A stretch of 64,000 bases of DNA from Candidatus Latescibacterota bacterium (GTDB lineage: Bacteria > Latescibacterota > UBA2968). Below the pieces are notes generated by a model, which was not told the origin of the DNA, did no database searches, and saw nothing but the letters and a program-made list of their open reading frames with translations. The stretch is taken from the NCBI GenBank assembly GCA_965204375.1, contig OZ241986.1:5056001-5120000 (forward strand), in the 5' to 3' direction. Of this stretch, positions 9,963 through 19,403 are shown piece after piece. The first letter of the stretch is position 1; the number at the start of each line of letters is the position of its first letter. The translations under genes were made by a program, and so were the position numbers.

Positions 9963-10616
9963 TCAATTCCCGCCACCGCCGCGACCACCACGGCCACCTT
10001 GACCACCGCGACGACCCTGCTGGCCTCGAGCCTGTCTCGGCGGACCCGCTTCAATCGTAATATTCACGCGCACCTCATCCCCCAGCACATTGGCAAAATT
10101 CGCCCAGCTATTCACGCCAAAATCCGAACACAACAGCGTCAACTCGGTTTCAAAACCAGCCAGAGGTGTGCCGCGTTGCGGATGCGTACCAATACCGAGC
10201 ACCGTCACCGGCATCGTAATACTCTTCGTCACGCCGTGCATCGTCAAATCACCCGTCACCAGAATTTTTTCCCCTTCTTTCACAGCCGAAGTACTCTTAA
10301 ACGCGATCGTCGGAAAAGTCTCCACCTCAAAGAAATCTGGTCCGCGCAAATGACTGTCGCGACGCTGATTCCCCGTATCGATACTCCGCGCCTGGATCGT
10401 CGTTTCAATCATTGTCTTTTCGGGCGCGCCTGGATCGTAATCAATCGTGCCACCAAACTGATTAAACCGACCCGCCGTGCGGCTCACAAAGTGCCGAATC
10501 GAAAACCCGACCGACGAATGCGATCGGTCAATCTGGTACTTCTCGGCAAAACCCGTATCCGCCATCACAAGTGATGACACCAGTCCCAAACACAACAAAC
10601 GTATGACGCTCAACAT
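9963..10616 (-). CDS. yceI: YceI family polyisoprenoid-binding protein with Gly/Arg-rich tail
   Basis: YQIDRSHSSVGFSIRH, SIDTGNQRRDSHLRGPDFF, GDLTMHGVTK. Confidence 0.92.
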   Translation of the reverse strand: MLSVIRLLCLGLVSSLVMADTGFAEKYQIDRSHSSVGFSIRHFVSRTAGRFNQFGGTIDYDPGAPEKTMIETTIQARSIDTGNQRRDSHLRGPDFFEVETFPTIAFKSTSAVKEGEKILVTGDLTMHGVTKSITMPVTVLGIGTHPQRGTPLAGFETELTLLCSDFGVNSWANFANVLGDEVRVNITIEAGPPRQARGQQGRRGGQGGRGGRGGGGN

Positions 10617-10631
10617 TACACCCTCCTTAAA

Positions 10632-10792
10632 AGAAGTTAGAAGTTAAAAGTTAGAAGTTAGAAACCCACCCAACACCACCCCATAAAGGCAAGTGAGAAG
10701 AAAGAAGGAAGAAGTGAGAAAGCCCCGCCTTACCACCCTAAAGCTGGTGCCTCATCCCATTTCACACTTCTCACTTCACACTTCCTACTTCA
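10632..10792. repeat. Intergenic element with inverted heptamer arrays, (AGAAGTT/G)n ... (CACTTCA/T)n
   Basis: 7-nt tandem units plus linkers shared with 37966-38083 (CCCCGCC..CCCTAAAGCTGGTGC.TCATC). Confidence 0.8.
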
Positions 10793-13050
10793 TCCATCAC
10801 CACGCGCGACGCCGCCAATCCATCTATCCTGGCGACTCTACCCGTCACGGGATCGATCTGCCCAAACGACAACACACCCGTCGGACAACTCTGCACACAG
10901 GCCGAACACCGCACGCACTCCGGATCCTCCATCGGCAAACCCTTATTCGCAAAATTCATCACATCAATGCCCTGGTGGCACACCGACGTACACACACTGC
11001 ACGAAATGCACTTCTTCTTATCTGCAAAAATCCGAAACCGCGAAAACCGCGCATAAACGTGCATCAGCGCAGCTAAGGGACACGCAAACCGGCACCACAT
11101 CCGCCCGCTAAAATGCCAGTAAAAACCCACCCCAATAATCCCCGCCAAAAACAAATCTACAAACCACTGATAATTCAAAAACGTCAGCGGAAATATCAGA
11201 CCGCCCCAATTCACATCCTTCCCCATAAACAGCCCCATATACCCCGCATTCACCCAGTGGTCATAAGGCAACAACCAGCCCGCAATCCGCAATGCCAGAA
11301 GCACAAAAGCCAGAACCAAAATCACCTGTCCCACCATATTCATCCGATTCCAAACAGGACCGTGCGGCATCTTCTGCCGGTGCATATCCCCCATCGTCTC
11401 TGCCAGTGCCCCACACGAACAAATCCACCCGCAATAAGCTCCCTTGCCCCAGCGCCAGATAATCAACGGAATCACCACAAAAGTCTGCACCAGACTAATA
11501 CCCAACCACCACCCCAGCGGCTGGCTCGTAAACACATTCCAGAAAAACAGGGGCCACGCCAGAATAAAGCCCAAACTCCGCCAGTACTCCCGCCCGTGTG
11601 CATCCCACTCCGTCGCCGGGAATAACGCATCGGCCACAGGCTTCAGAAAAGCACCATCGGAAAACCAACCATTGTGCCCCAACCACGGCAAAAAAATGTA
11701 CGGCAACAAAAACAGGGGCACACACTGAATAACCATCAGCGTCACCGTCTGCACCGTCACATAAGGCGTCTGCCGTCGATTAATCCTGCGAATCCCAAAC
11801 CCCACCACACACGCACAATAAGCCAGCGAATAATAAAAACCCGGCTGCGTCATCGACGTCCACACCGTCCCGAAAAGACCCGACTTATCCTCTGCAGGCA
11901 TCAAATTAAACGGAAACAGCTCAGCCCCCTTAAACCACTCGTAAATCGGAATCCCCGCACCCGTCTTCCAGTGATACACAAACACACACGCCAGCATAAT
12001 CAACCCAAAAGACACCCACGTACCCACGCGCCATTCCCCTCTAATCGGCACACCCGACCGCCTGAAAAAATCCAGCGGAGCCTCGCGCCCGATCATGGAA
12101 AACACCGCGTCATTGGGCACGGCCTCGTCACCCTCACCCGTCGAAAGCACCACCTCTTCCTCACCAATCGCCCGCACCTCACTCGCCAGTGCCATCCGCA
12201 AGTGATCCCCGCCCGACAGCACCTCAATCTTTTCCACATTCTCGGGCTTGGGACGGCTCAGTTCCGCACGCCGATACGACAGCGTCACCCGCCCACCGGA
12301 CTCGGCAATTGCAATCGCGGTCTCCAGCGCACTATCGCCACCACCGACCACGAGCACATCCTGGTCCGCATAATCCTTTGGATCGTGCAACCGGTTCATC
12401 ACCTTATCCAGATCCTCGCCCGGCACATTTAACTTTCTAAAATTGCCCGACCGTCCAATCGCCACAATCACCCGGTGCGCCAGCAAATCCTCCCCATCGG
12501 GAATCACCACCCGCAACACATCCCCCTCTCGCTGCACGCACTCCGCACGCGCAAACACCGGCTCGATATCCGCGGTCCGCTCCTCCAACTCATCCAACAA
12601 CCGCTCCTTCACATCTGCCCGATCGGAAAACTGCAAATCACCTGCGGGAACCATATCCGTCGGATACGTGTAAATCGGCTTTGCCTTTGGAAAATTCACC
12701 ACCGTAGAAAACCGCTCTGACGCCTCCAGCAGCACAAAATCCAATTCCCGATTTCTCGCCTCAATACCCGCCGCCATACCCGACACACCCCCACCAATAA
12801 TCACCAGATCGCGCACCCCGTCCCTCTGCGTCCGACTATCAAACCCCGCATCGTCCGCAATCGTCTGCACTGCCCGCGCCCCCGTATCCGACGAAAACTT
12901 CAACAGCGGAATTCCCGTCAAATCCCCCACAATGTACAGCCCGGGCACCGCCGTTGACCCATCTTCATTCATCTCGGGCAACTTCTCCACCGTGCCCGAA
13001 GGCCACCGCGTGTGCAACCAGTGCATATACCGCTTTAAAAATCCAAACAT
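10771..13050 (-). CDS. TrxB/YpdA-like FAD/NAD(P) oxidoreductase fused to a polytopic 4Fe-4S (NapH-like) membrane domain
   Basis: IIGGGVSG and VVGGGDSA Rossmann motifs; YCGWICSCG, WCRFACP; CISCSVCTSVC and CVRCSACVQSCP ferredoxin motifs. Confidence 0.85.
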   Translation of the reverse strand: MFGFLKRYMHWLHTRWPSGTVEKLPEMNEDGSTAVPGLYIVGDLTGIPLLKFSSDTGARAVQTIADDAGFDSRTQRDGVRDLVIIGGGVSGMAAGIEARNRELDFVLLEASERFSTVVNFPKAKPIYTYPTDMVPAGDLQFSDRADVKERLLDELEERTADIEPVFARAECVQREGDVLRVVIPDGEDLLAHRVIVAIGRSGNFRKLNVPGEDLDKVMNRLHDPKDYADQDVLVVGGGDSALETAIAIAESGGRVTLSYRRAELSRPKPENVEKIEVLSGGDHLRMALASEVRAIGEEEVVLSTGEGDEAVPNDAVFSMIGREAPLDFFRRSGVPIRGEWRVGTWVSFGLIMLACVFVYHWKTGAGIPIYEWFKGAELFPFNLMPAEDKSGLFGTVWTSMTQPGFYYSLAYCACVVGFGIRRINRRQTPYVTVQTVTLMVIQCVPLFLLPYIFLPWLGHNGWFSDGAFLKPVADALFPATEWDAHGREYWRSLGFILAWPLFFWNVFTSQPLGWWLGISLVQTFVVIPLIIWRWGKGAYCGWICSCGALAETMGDMHRQKMPHGPVWNRMNMVGQVILVLAFVLLALRIAGWLLPYDHWVNAGYMGLFMGKDVNWGGLIFPLTFLNYQWFVDLFLAGIIGVGFYWHFSGRMWCRFACPLAALMHVYARFSRFRIFADKKKCISCSVCTSVCHQGIDVMNFANKGLPMEDPECVRCSACVQSCPTGVLSFGQIDPVTGRVARIDGLAASRVVMDEVGSVK

Positions 13051-13125
13051 CTTCCCTTCTCCGATGAAAAAATCGCCCGGATAGGATAAATACTCTATCT
13101 CACATCGTCAATGCCAAAATTTGCG

Positions 13126-14145
13126 TCATCCATAAACATCATCGATCAACGCGCGGATATACCCAATCGCATACGCCTTTCCGTGCAATTGCGTATATGC
13201 GGAATGGGCAAAACTCGGCGTGTGATCCATCATATACGGACCATTGAATCCATTATCGCGATAAACCTCCATCGCGCGCTTCATATCGATATCGCCTTCA
13301 TCCATAAAAACTTCGACAAACCGCGGCAACTGACCCCGTACATTGCGGAAATGCACCCAAACAATTTTATTATTCGAAGCCATCTCGGCAATCGCATCGT
13401 AAACACCCTCACCCAGCAACTCCGTCATACACCCCTGGCAAAATAACATGCCATTGTGCTCGCCCGGCGCAATCTCAAAAAGCGTGCGCCTGAATTGATC
13501 CAGCGAAGAACAAATCTGTGCAATACCGCCCAGAGGCTCAGGAATCGGTGGATCATCCGGATGCAGTGCCATACGCACCCCCGACTTCTCCGCAACGGGA
13601 ATCACCGCCTGTAAAAACGCCTCCATATTTGCCCACATCGTCTCTTCTGAAACGGGCGGATCGAATTGCTCTGGACGATTCTGACCAAAATATTCATAGT
13701 CAAACGTGCTATATCTCACCCCGCCGCGACCCGTATCTGAAGGCGTCCGAAAATTCCCCATCGGCTTGAAATTCCAGCCCAAACACGGAATCCCCGCCCT
13801 GCCCAGCGACGCCAGCATCTGACACCAGAAACCGATCTTCTCGTCTCGATCTTCCATAGCCAGCGCAATCTCCTCCCAGCACGGCATAAAAATATTATTC
13901 AACTTCATGCCATGGGATTCCACCAACTCCCGCGCCTTCTCAAATTCCTCCGTACAATCCTCCCCTGCGCGAAGCCGTTGCGCCAGCGCCGTATTCGCCA
14001 CACCCGTGCCACCGCGCTTAGCCGATTTTGCGGGCGGTCGTCCACCCCGCAACTCGAGGTGAATCGAATCCACGCTAATCGCCCTGTGAAAACTCAAAAT
14101 ATCATCGTCCAAATTGTCGTAATGAACCTGATCTTGAATGTACAT
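13126..14145 (-). CDS. uxuA: Mannonate dehydratase (UxuA) family protein
   Basis: MALHPDDPP, LFCQGC, VHFRNVRG, MMDHTP, AYAIGYIRAL. Confidence 0.85.
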   Translation of the reverse strand: MYIQDQVHYDNLDDDILSFHRAISVDSIHLELRGGRPPAKSAKRGGTGVANTALAQRLRAGEDCTEEFEKARELVESHGMKLNNIFMPCWEEIALAMEDRDEKIGFWCQMLASLGRAGIPCLGWNFKPMGNFRTPSDTGRGGVRYSTFDYEYFGQNRPEQFDPPVSEETMWANMEAFLQAVIPVAEKSGVRMALHPDDPPIPEPLGGIAQICSSLDQFRRTLFEIAPGEHNGMLFCQGCMTELLGEGVYDAIAEMASNNKIVWVHFRNVRGQLPRFVEVFMDEGDIDMKRAMEVYRDNGFNGPYMMDHTPSFAHSAYTQLHGKAYAIGYIRALIDDVYG

Positions 14146-14203
14146 TTTTACCACCTCTCGCATCCCAATAAACTGCTAAGCAATTATACCGTTCCTTAAT
14201 TTT

Positions 14204-15610
14204 TTAACTCTCAACCTCGGCATCGGATACCCGCCGTTGACCGCCTTGCCGTTCTTCCGCATCGACAATCTCGGGAACATATCCCTCAACATCTCGAATA
14301 TAGCCGAGCAACCGCGCCTTCATTCGGTCTGCAACCGGACGGTGGCTACTATAGCCAATCAAATTGCGCAACTCGTACGGATCTGCCTCCAGGTCGTAGA
14401 GATACGCCTCGTCATAACTTCTCGCACCCTCTGTACCGGACGGCGCCACATCGCTGTGGACCGCGTACTTCCATCGCTTTGTGCGAACAGCGCGACCAAT
14501 ACCACTCTCTGAAATCTGCACAAACACATCATCCGGCCATGGATCTGCGAGCGATTTCCCACCACCGCCCAAAATGGGAAGCACGGAACGCCCCGACATC
14601 TGATCGGGAATCTCCAACCCGGCGCCATCCAACAGCGAAGGCGGCAAATCCACCAGACTCACCACCTCGCCCAACGTACCCCCTCCTGTAAATGGACCAC
14701 CCGTCAACACCGTTGGAACGCGGATAGAACTCTCGTGACACGAACGCTTGTATTCCTTATTGCGGGTGCGGAAATGACAGGCGTGATCAGACGTGAACAA
14801 CACAATCGTATCCTCTAACAGCCCCAGACTCTTCAGCGCATCGAGCAGCCGCCCATAAGCCTCATCTAACCGCTTGATCATCCCCCAGTACCCACCCAAA
14901 TGCTGATGCGTACTCCCCCCCGTGGGAACCGCGTCGGGATACTCGCCTTCTGCCAAAGGATGCGTGGGCAATCCCTCCAGATCGGGCGGAGTCCATCGCC
15001 CCGCATACATCTCGCGATACCCTTCCGGCGGCGGATAATCGTCCAGATGATTCTGGTGATGGGGTTCCAAAAAAGAAATAAACAGATAAAAGGGATCACT
15101 CTGATGTTCATCCACATACCGAATCGCCGCATCGGTCAGCGCATCAACCCGATAACCGGGCAACTTCACCTCCTGATTGTCATGATCGTAAACAACGCAA
15201 TCATACGTATCAGACGTTCCCTCCAGCGCATTTGCCGCGAGCCAGTACTGGTACCCGCCGCGCGCTTTTACGGGCACAAAACCGCGCCCAGTCGTCGCCA
15301 GATGCCACTTGCCAATATACCCCGTGTGATAACCCGCATCATTAAAACACTGTGCAAGCGTCTTGTGATCCGGATTCAGCCCAATCCCATTGCGATACAC
15401 ACCCGTCTCACTCGCGTACATCCCCGTTTGCAAACACGCACGCGCCGGACCGCACACGGGCTGACAGGTAAAACTATTATAAACATGTGTCCCGTGCTGC
15501 GCCGCCCGATCCAGATTCGGCGTAATACCCAATGGATTGCCATGCGCTGCCATGCAATCCCAGCGCTGTTGATCCGTAAAAAAGACAATAACATTTGGTT
15601 TGTTAGCCAT
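14204..15610 (-). CDS. Formylglycine-dependent sulfatase
   Basis: NVIVFFTDQQR, CGPARA (CxPxR), GYIGKWHL, FTSDH, YDLEADPYE. Confidence 0.93.
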   Translation of the reverse strand: MANKPNVIVFFTDQQRWDCMAAHGNPLGITPNLDRAAQHGTHVYNSFTCQPVCGPARACLQTGMYASETGVYRNGIGLNPDHKTLAQCFNDAGYHTGYIGKWHLATTGRGFVPVKARGGYQYWLAANALEGTSDTYDCVVYDHDNQEVKLPGYRVDALTDAAIRYVDEHQSDPFYLFISFLEPHHQNHLDDYPPPEGYREMYAGRWTPPDLEGLPTHPLAEGEYPDAVPTGGSTHQHLGGYWGMIKRLDEAYGRLLDALKSLGLLEDTIVLFTSDHACHFRTRNKEYKRSCHESSIRVPTVLTGGPFTGGGTLGEVVSLVDLPPSLLDGAGLEIPDQMSGRSVLPILGGGGKSLADPWPDDVFVQISESGIGRAVRTKRWKYAVHSDVAPSGTEGARSYDEAYLYDLEADPYELRNLIGYSSHRPVADRMKARLLGYIRDVEGYVPEIVDAEERQGGQRRVSDAEVES

Positions 15611-15625
15611 AACATCTCCTTTCAT

Positions 15626-17122
15626 TTATGCACCAGGTGTAATTTTGGGATTATCCATACGCGTACAGCGAATACTTTCCCGCATCAGGCGCGCCAAAAG
15701 CTCTGCCTTCACATCCCGCGCCTCCGAACGATCCCACAAATTTACTTTCTCGTGTGGATCATTTTCCAGATCCACCAGCACATTATGTCCAATACCCGAA
15801 GCATCCACCACAATTTTGTAGCGCTCCGTAATCAGCGTCCGCATGGATCCCATCTCCACAAACGCCGCGCGGTCAGGCATATCCGCACCATCATTAATAA
15901 AAGCACGCAACGAACGCCCGGGCAACTCAAAATCCTCAACAGCCCAATCGTCGCGCCGAAATCGCATAGCAATTTGATCTATCCCCGCATAATCCAGCAC
16001 TGTGGGCACAAAATCTAAATTGCTCACCACATCATCGCAAACACCAGTCTGTCCTCCGGGCACCCGCCAGATATACGGTACGCGCAGCAACTCCTCCCAC
16101 TGATAGGGCGTCTTATGCCATAAATGGTGTGACCCCAGGTACTCCCCGTGATCCGCAATAAACGCAACAACCGTATGATCGTACAAACCCTTCGCCTGTA
16201 AAAAATCAATCGCGCGACCCACATTATCATCAATATGCGAAATCATGCCATAAGTCTGCACCATCACCTGCCGCAAATCCGCCTCATCGCCATTGAACCA
16301 AGCGGGGCCCACTCTCCGCAACAAACTATCAGGAGTTGGGTCTTCGTCAACAACAAATGTCTCCGGCAGCGTTAAAGCCCCGGGATCGTACATCTCGCTA
16401 TACGGCCTGCAAGCCACAAACGGATGATGCGGATCGGGAAAAGAACACCATGCAAAAAAATTTTCACCCGCGTCCAAATCATCTATAAAAGCCATCGTGC
16501 GATCTGCAATCCAGTGATTGTAATGCAACTCAGCCGGAATTTGATCGATCTTCCAGGTCTGATAACCAAAATTTTCATACGCCGAAGACTGAGCATAGGG
16601 AACGCACATTGAAGGACCGTCCTCCGGATGATCCTTTTGCGCGACATCGGGATATTCTTCTTCCAACCAATTTCGATAATCCCCACAAACGTAATTCACA
16701 TGTCCACCCACATAATCCGTCTCGCCAAAACCGTAATATCCCTCGGGCAAATGGGTCACCTCACCGCTGTACCACCGATACCGGTTCTCCCATGAATCAC
16801 CCCCCGAAAAAGGCTGCAAATGCAACTTCCCAGCCGCATGCGTGCGATACCCCGCCCCGGACAGCGTTCCCGTCACAGTCGGCATTTCCTCAGACAGACT
16901 CATGCCATTTTGTATCAACCCGTGTTGCGAAGGCGTCAACCCGGTAATCAGAGAAGCCCGCGACGGCTGGCACACCGGATGCGAGCAATAATTGCGGCGA
17001 AACAAAACGCCATCCTGTGTCAGACGATCCAGATTCGGCGTCTGTACATCCGGATGCCCATTGCACCCCATGCAATAAGCCTGCATCTGATCCACACAGA
17101 AAATCAAAAAATTCGGTCGCAT
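15626..17122 (-). CDS. Formylglycine-dependent sulfatase
   Basis: CQPSRASLITG, AGKLH, SFPDPHHP, ADHGEYLG, DLENDPHE. Confidence 0.93.
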   Translation of the reverse strand: MRPNFLIFCVDQMQAYCMGCNGHPDVQTPNLDRLTQDGVLFRRNYCSHPVCQPSRASLITGLTPSQHGLIQNGMSLSEEMPTVTGTLSGAGYRTHAAGKLHLQPFSGGDSWENRYRWYSGEVTHLPEGYYGFGETDYVGGHVNYVCGDYRNWLEEEYPDVAQKDHPEDGPSMCVPYAQSSAYENFGYQTWKIDQIPAELHYNHWIADRTMAFIDDLDAGENFFAWCSFPDPHHPFVACRPYSEMYDPGALTLPETFVVDEDPTPDSLLRRVGPAWFNGDEADLRQVMVQTYGMISHIDDNVGRAIDFLQAKGLYDHTVVAFIADHGEYLGSHHLWHKTPYQWEELLRVPYIWRVPGGQTGVCDDVVSNLDFVPTVLDYAGIDQIAMRFRRDDWAVEDFELPGRSLRAFINDGADMPDRAAFVEMGSMRTLITERYKIVVDASGIGHNVLVDLENDPHEKVNLWDRSEARDVKAELLARLMRESIRCTRMDNPKITPGA

Positions 17123-17221
17123 ATTATAGCTCCGTAGTTATATTCATGCCTACTTTACATCCGTACCAATATACAACTTACACCACGTAGCGCCACCCGT
17201 TTCCCTCAACAGGAGCACGCA

Positions 17222-18088
17222 ATGCGACACTTAGTCACCATCTTTTTCACCATCATCTTCCTCACCCCAACCCATGCAGAAGTAAAACCCTGGGATGACG
17301 CATTCAAAAAACAATGGTACGCCGGACTCGCGGAAATCACGCGCTATGAACTCAAACAGGCGCAATATCGCGATGTTTATGATGGCGATGCCGTCCTCAT
17401 CTTCGTAACCGAAAACTTTCTCACAGACAAACACGTAAAGCACGAACGCGGCGACGGTCCAAGCACCTCCGTACTCAAACTCAACGCTATGCGCCAATTT
17501 ACAACGGGCCTCTATCCCTACTCCATCATGACCTCTGTATTCACACCCGTGGCTCCCGACGAAACGCGCACACTCAAAGTCACCAGCACAGCCCAGGAAT
17601 GGTGCGGACACACCTTTGCCCAAATAAACCAGCGCGACGGCAAATACAAAGCCACACTGCGTTCTTATTTTCAAAGCGATGGCGACCGCGACCTCACATT
17701 GCCCAGCGCCATTCTCGAAGACGAAATCTGGACGCGCATTCGACTGGCACCCGAGCACTTGCCCACAGGTGAAATCCAGATCATTCCGAGCATGCTATAC
17801 CAGCGCCTGACCCACACCCTCCCCGATGTCCAAACCGCCAATGCGGAATTCACCGAAAGCGACACAACTCAGGTCTATACCCTCGCGTACACCTCCATTG
17901 GCCGCAAACTCGCCATAACCTTTGAAAAAAACTATCCCCACGCCATCCTCGGCTGGGAAGAATCCATTCAACGTCGGGGCCGCTGGACTACGACCACAGC
18001 GCGCAAAACGCATACCACAATGATCGACTACTGGAACAAAAACAAAGTTGAAGACATCGCCTATCGCGCACAATTGGGCTTAAAATAG
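17222..18088 (+). CDS. Conserved exported protein (AEITRYELKQ / QEWCGH family)
   Basis: RBS AGGAG, signal peptide, conserved GDAVLIFVTE, GLYPYS, QEWCGH, DYW motifs; function unknown. Confidence 0.75.
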   Translation: MRHLVTIFFTIIFLTPTHAEVKPWDDAFKKQWYAGLAEITRYELKQAQYRDVYDGDAVLIFVTENFLTDKHVKHERGDGPSTSVLKLNAMRQFTTGLYPYSIMTSVFTPVAPDETRTLKVTSTAQEWCGHTFAQINQRDGKYKATLRSYFQSDGDRDLTLPSAILEDEIWTRIRLAPEHLPTGEIQIIPSMLYQRLTHTLPDVQTANAEFTESDTTQVYTLAYTSIGRKLAITFEKNYPHAILGWEESIQRRGRWTTTTARKTHTTMIDYWNKNKVEDIAYRAQLGLK

Positions 18089-18117
18089 TTGTTCATATTA
18101 TGAGACTTGTCTATCTT
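18089..18117 (+). promoter_or_regulatory. Sigma70-type promoter for the ccm operon
   Basis: TTGTTC-17-TATCTT. Confidence 0.45.
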
Positions 18118-18129
18118 TGTAACTGATAT

Positions 18130-18225
18130 TGGGCAAGCAACCACCGATGAACACCGATGGTTGCTGTATTGCCCATCCCGAACACAGGCAAGGGTTGTCC
18201 TGCGTTAGTAAGGCAACAACTCTTA
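18130..18225 (+). ncRNA. Structured 5' leader or sRNA candidate upstream of ccmE
   Basis: Hairpin TGGGCAA-GCAACCA...TGGTTGC-TGTA-TTGCCCA (18130-18175) and a second hairpin at 18181-18206. Confidence 0.4.
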
Positions 18226-18256
18226 TTTTCAACACACTCAAGATACCAGGCATAAA

Positions 18257-18297
18257 ACGCCTTTCATCTGTGTCCATCTGCGTCTATCTGCGGATAC
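18257..18297. repeat. Decamer element ACGCCTTT(CATCTGCGTY)nGGATAC
   Basis: Three ~10-nt units; same element at 57153 and 58625, variants at 49765 and 63791. Confidence 0.75.
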
Positions 18298-18316
18298 TTT
18301 TTTCATAGAGGTTGAA

Positions 18317-18754
18317 ATGACCACCAAAAAAATAAAATTCATCGCTGGATTTGCCGTCATTATCGCCAGCCTGCTCACCATGATCGTGTACAGCTCTGAA
18401 AAAATGTCGCTGTACTACCTCACCGTCTCCGAACTGGAAGCGCGTGAAACCGAATTTGCCAACACCCGCTTCAAACTCGCCGGCAAAGTCATCCCCGGCA
18501 CCATCATCTCCCGCGATGGCAACCGCACCGTCGAATTTGAAATCTCTGACCTCATTGACCAGGACCCCTCTGCCAGCAAACGCACCATCCACTACACCGG
18601 CGTCGTACCCGACACCTTCCGCGAAGAAGCCGATGTCGTACTCGAAGGCAAAATCGGACCCAACGGCATCTTCGTAGCCGACGACATGCTCGCCAAATGC
18701 CCCTCCAAATACGAAAGCCAGAGCTACGAAGAAATCAAAGCGTCGTATGAATAG
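18317..18754 (+). CDS. ccmE: Heme chaperone CcmE, Cys variant
   Basis: N-terminal TM, YYLTVSE, YTGVVPDTF, LAKCPSKY (CxxxY). Confidence 0.93.
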   Translation: MTTKKIKFIAGFAVIIASLLTMIVYSSEKMSLYYLTVSELEARETEFANTRFKLAGKVIPGTIISRDGNRTVEFEISDLIDQDPSASKRTIHYTGVVPDTFREEADVVLEGKIGPNGIFVADDMLAKCPSKYESQSYEEIKASYE

Positions 18755-18778
18755 ACTAAGACCGCCGGGGAGTCTCTG

Positions 18779-18952
18779 ATGATTAAAGATCCTATTGTTG
18801 AGGAAATTCGTCAGCACCGTAGGGCACATGCTGCTGAACATGGAAATGACCTGGGACGCATTGTTCAAGCACTCCGCAAGCGCGAACGGGAGTCTGACCG
18901 TCCAGTGTTGAATCCGGGACCTAAGAAGCGATTGATCCCAATTGAGCGGTAG
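18779..18952 (+). CDS. Small DPIVEE-type protein (57 aa), possible orphan antitoxin
   Basis: Below the ORF-track cutoff: MIKDPIVEEIRQHRRAHAAEHGNDLGRIVQALRKRE...; RBS GGGGAG. Confidence 0.65.
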   Translation: MIKDPIVEEIRQHRRAHAAEHGNDLGRIVQALRKRERESDRPVLNPGPKKRLIPIER

Positions 18953-18974
18953 CAACATTGAGGAATGTTTTGAG

Positions 18975-19388
18975 ATGTTAATACAAGACTACTGGGGTGA
19001 TCTCCAGGTTACTACTGAGCAGTTGACGCCTGCCCAGATACTAAAAGAGCAAGCAAGTGTTTTGAATGAAAAAGTCGGCCGGCATATCAGGGCATCGGTT
19101 ATGACAAGTGGGCTTACAAAACAGCAATTCCGATCAACGCTCGCCATCACAGTTCCGGCATTGGATCGCTATCATCTGGATATCGTTACGGTGATTTATC
19201 CACTGAAAGACTATTACCCACTTGCCTTGTCAGATGACCTTGATGAAAGTGATGAACTGTCTGAGGTGAATTGCCACAGTGAACAGGAATTCCGCGATGC
19301 ATTGCACCGAATATTGAGTTCAAGGCGAACAACAGACACGTTGAATAGTTTGCTGTCATTGACCGCAGAAGAATTTCTGTCCCCATAA
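18975..19388 (+). CDS. Conserved hypothetical protein inserted in the ccm operon
   Basis: DYWGDL..TPAQILKEQASVL..VPALDRY..YPL; codon pattern unlike the flanking ccm genes. Confidence 0.7.
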   Translation: MLIQDYWGDLQVTTEQLTPAQILKEQASVLNEKVGRHIRASVMTSGLTKQQFRSTLAITVPALDRYHLDIVTVIYPLKDYYPLALSDDLDESDELSEVNCHSEQEFRDALHRILSSRRTTDTLNSLLSLTAEEFLSP

Positions 19389-19403
19389 CACAAGATCAAA
19401 CAC

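Noticed and set aside
17222-18088. 'Maf septum inhibitor' label often given to this family
   Set aside because: No Maf motifs (e.g. ILASxSPRR) and it has a signal peptide.
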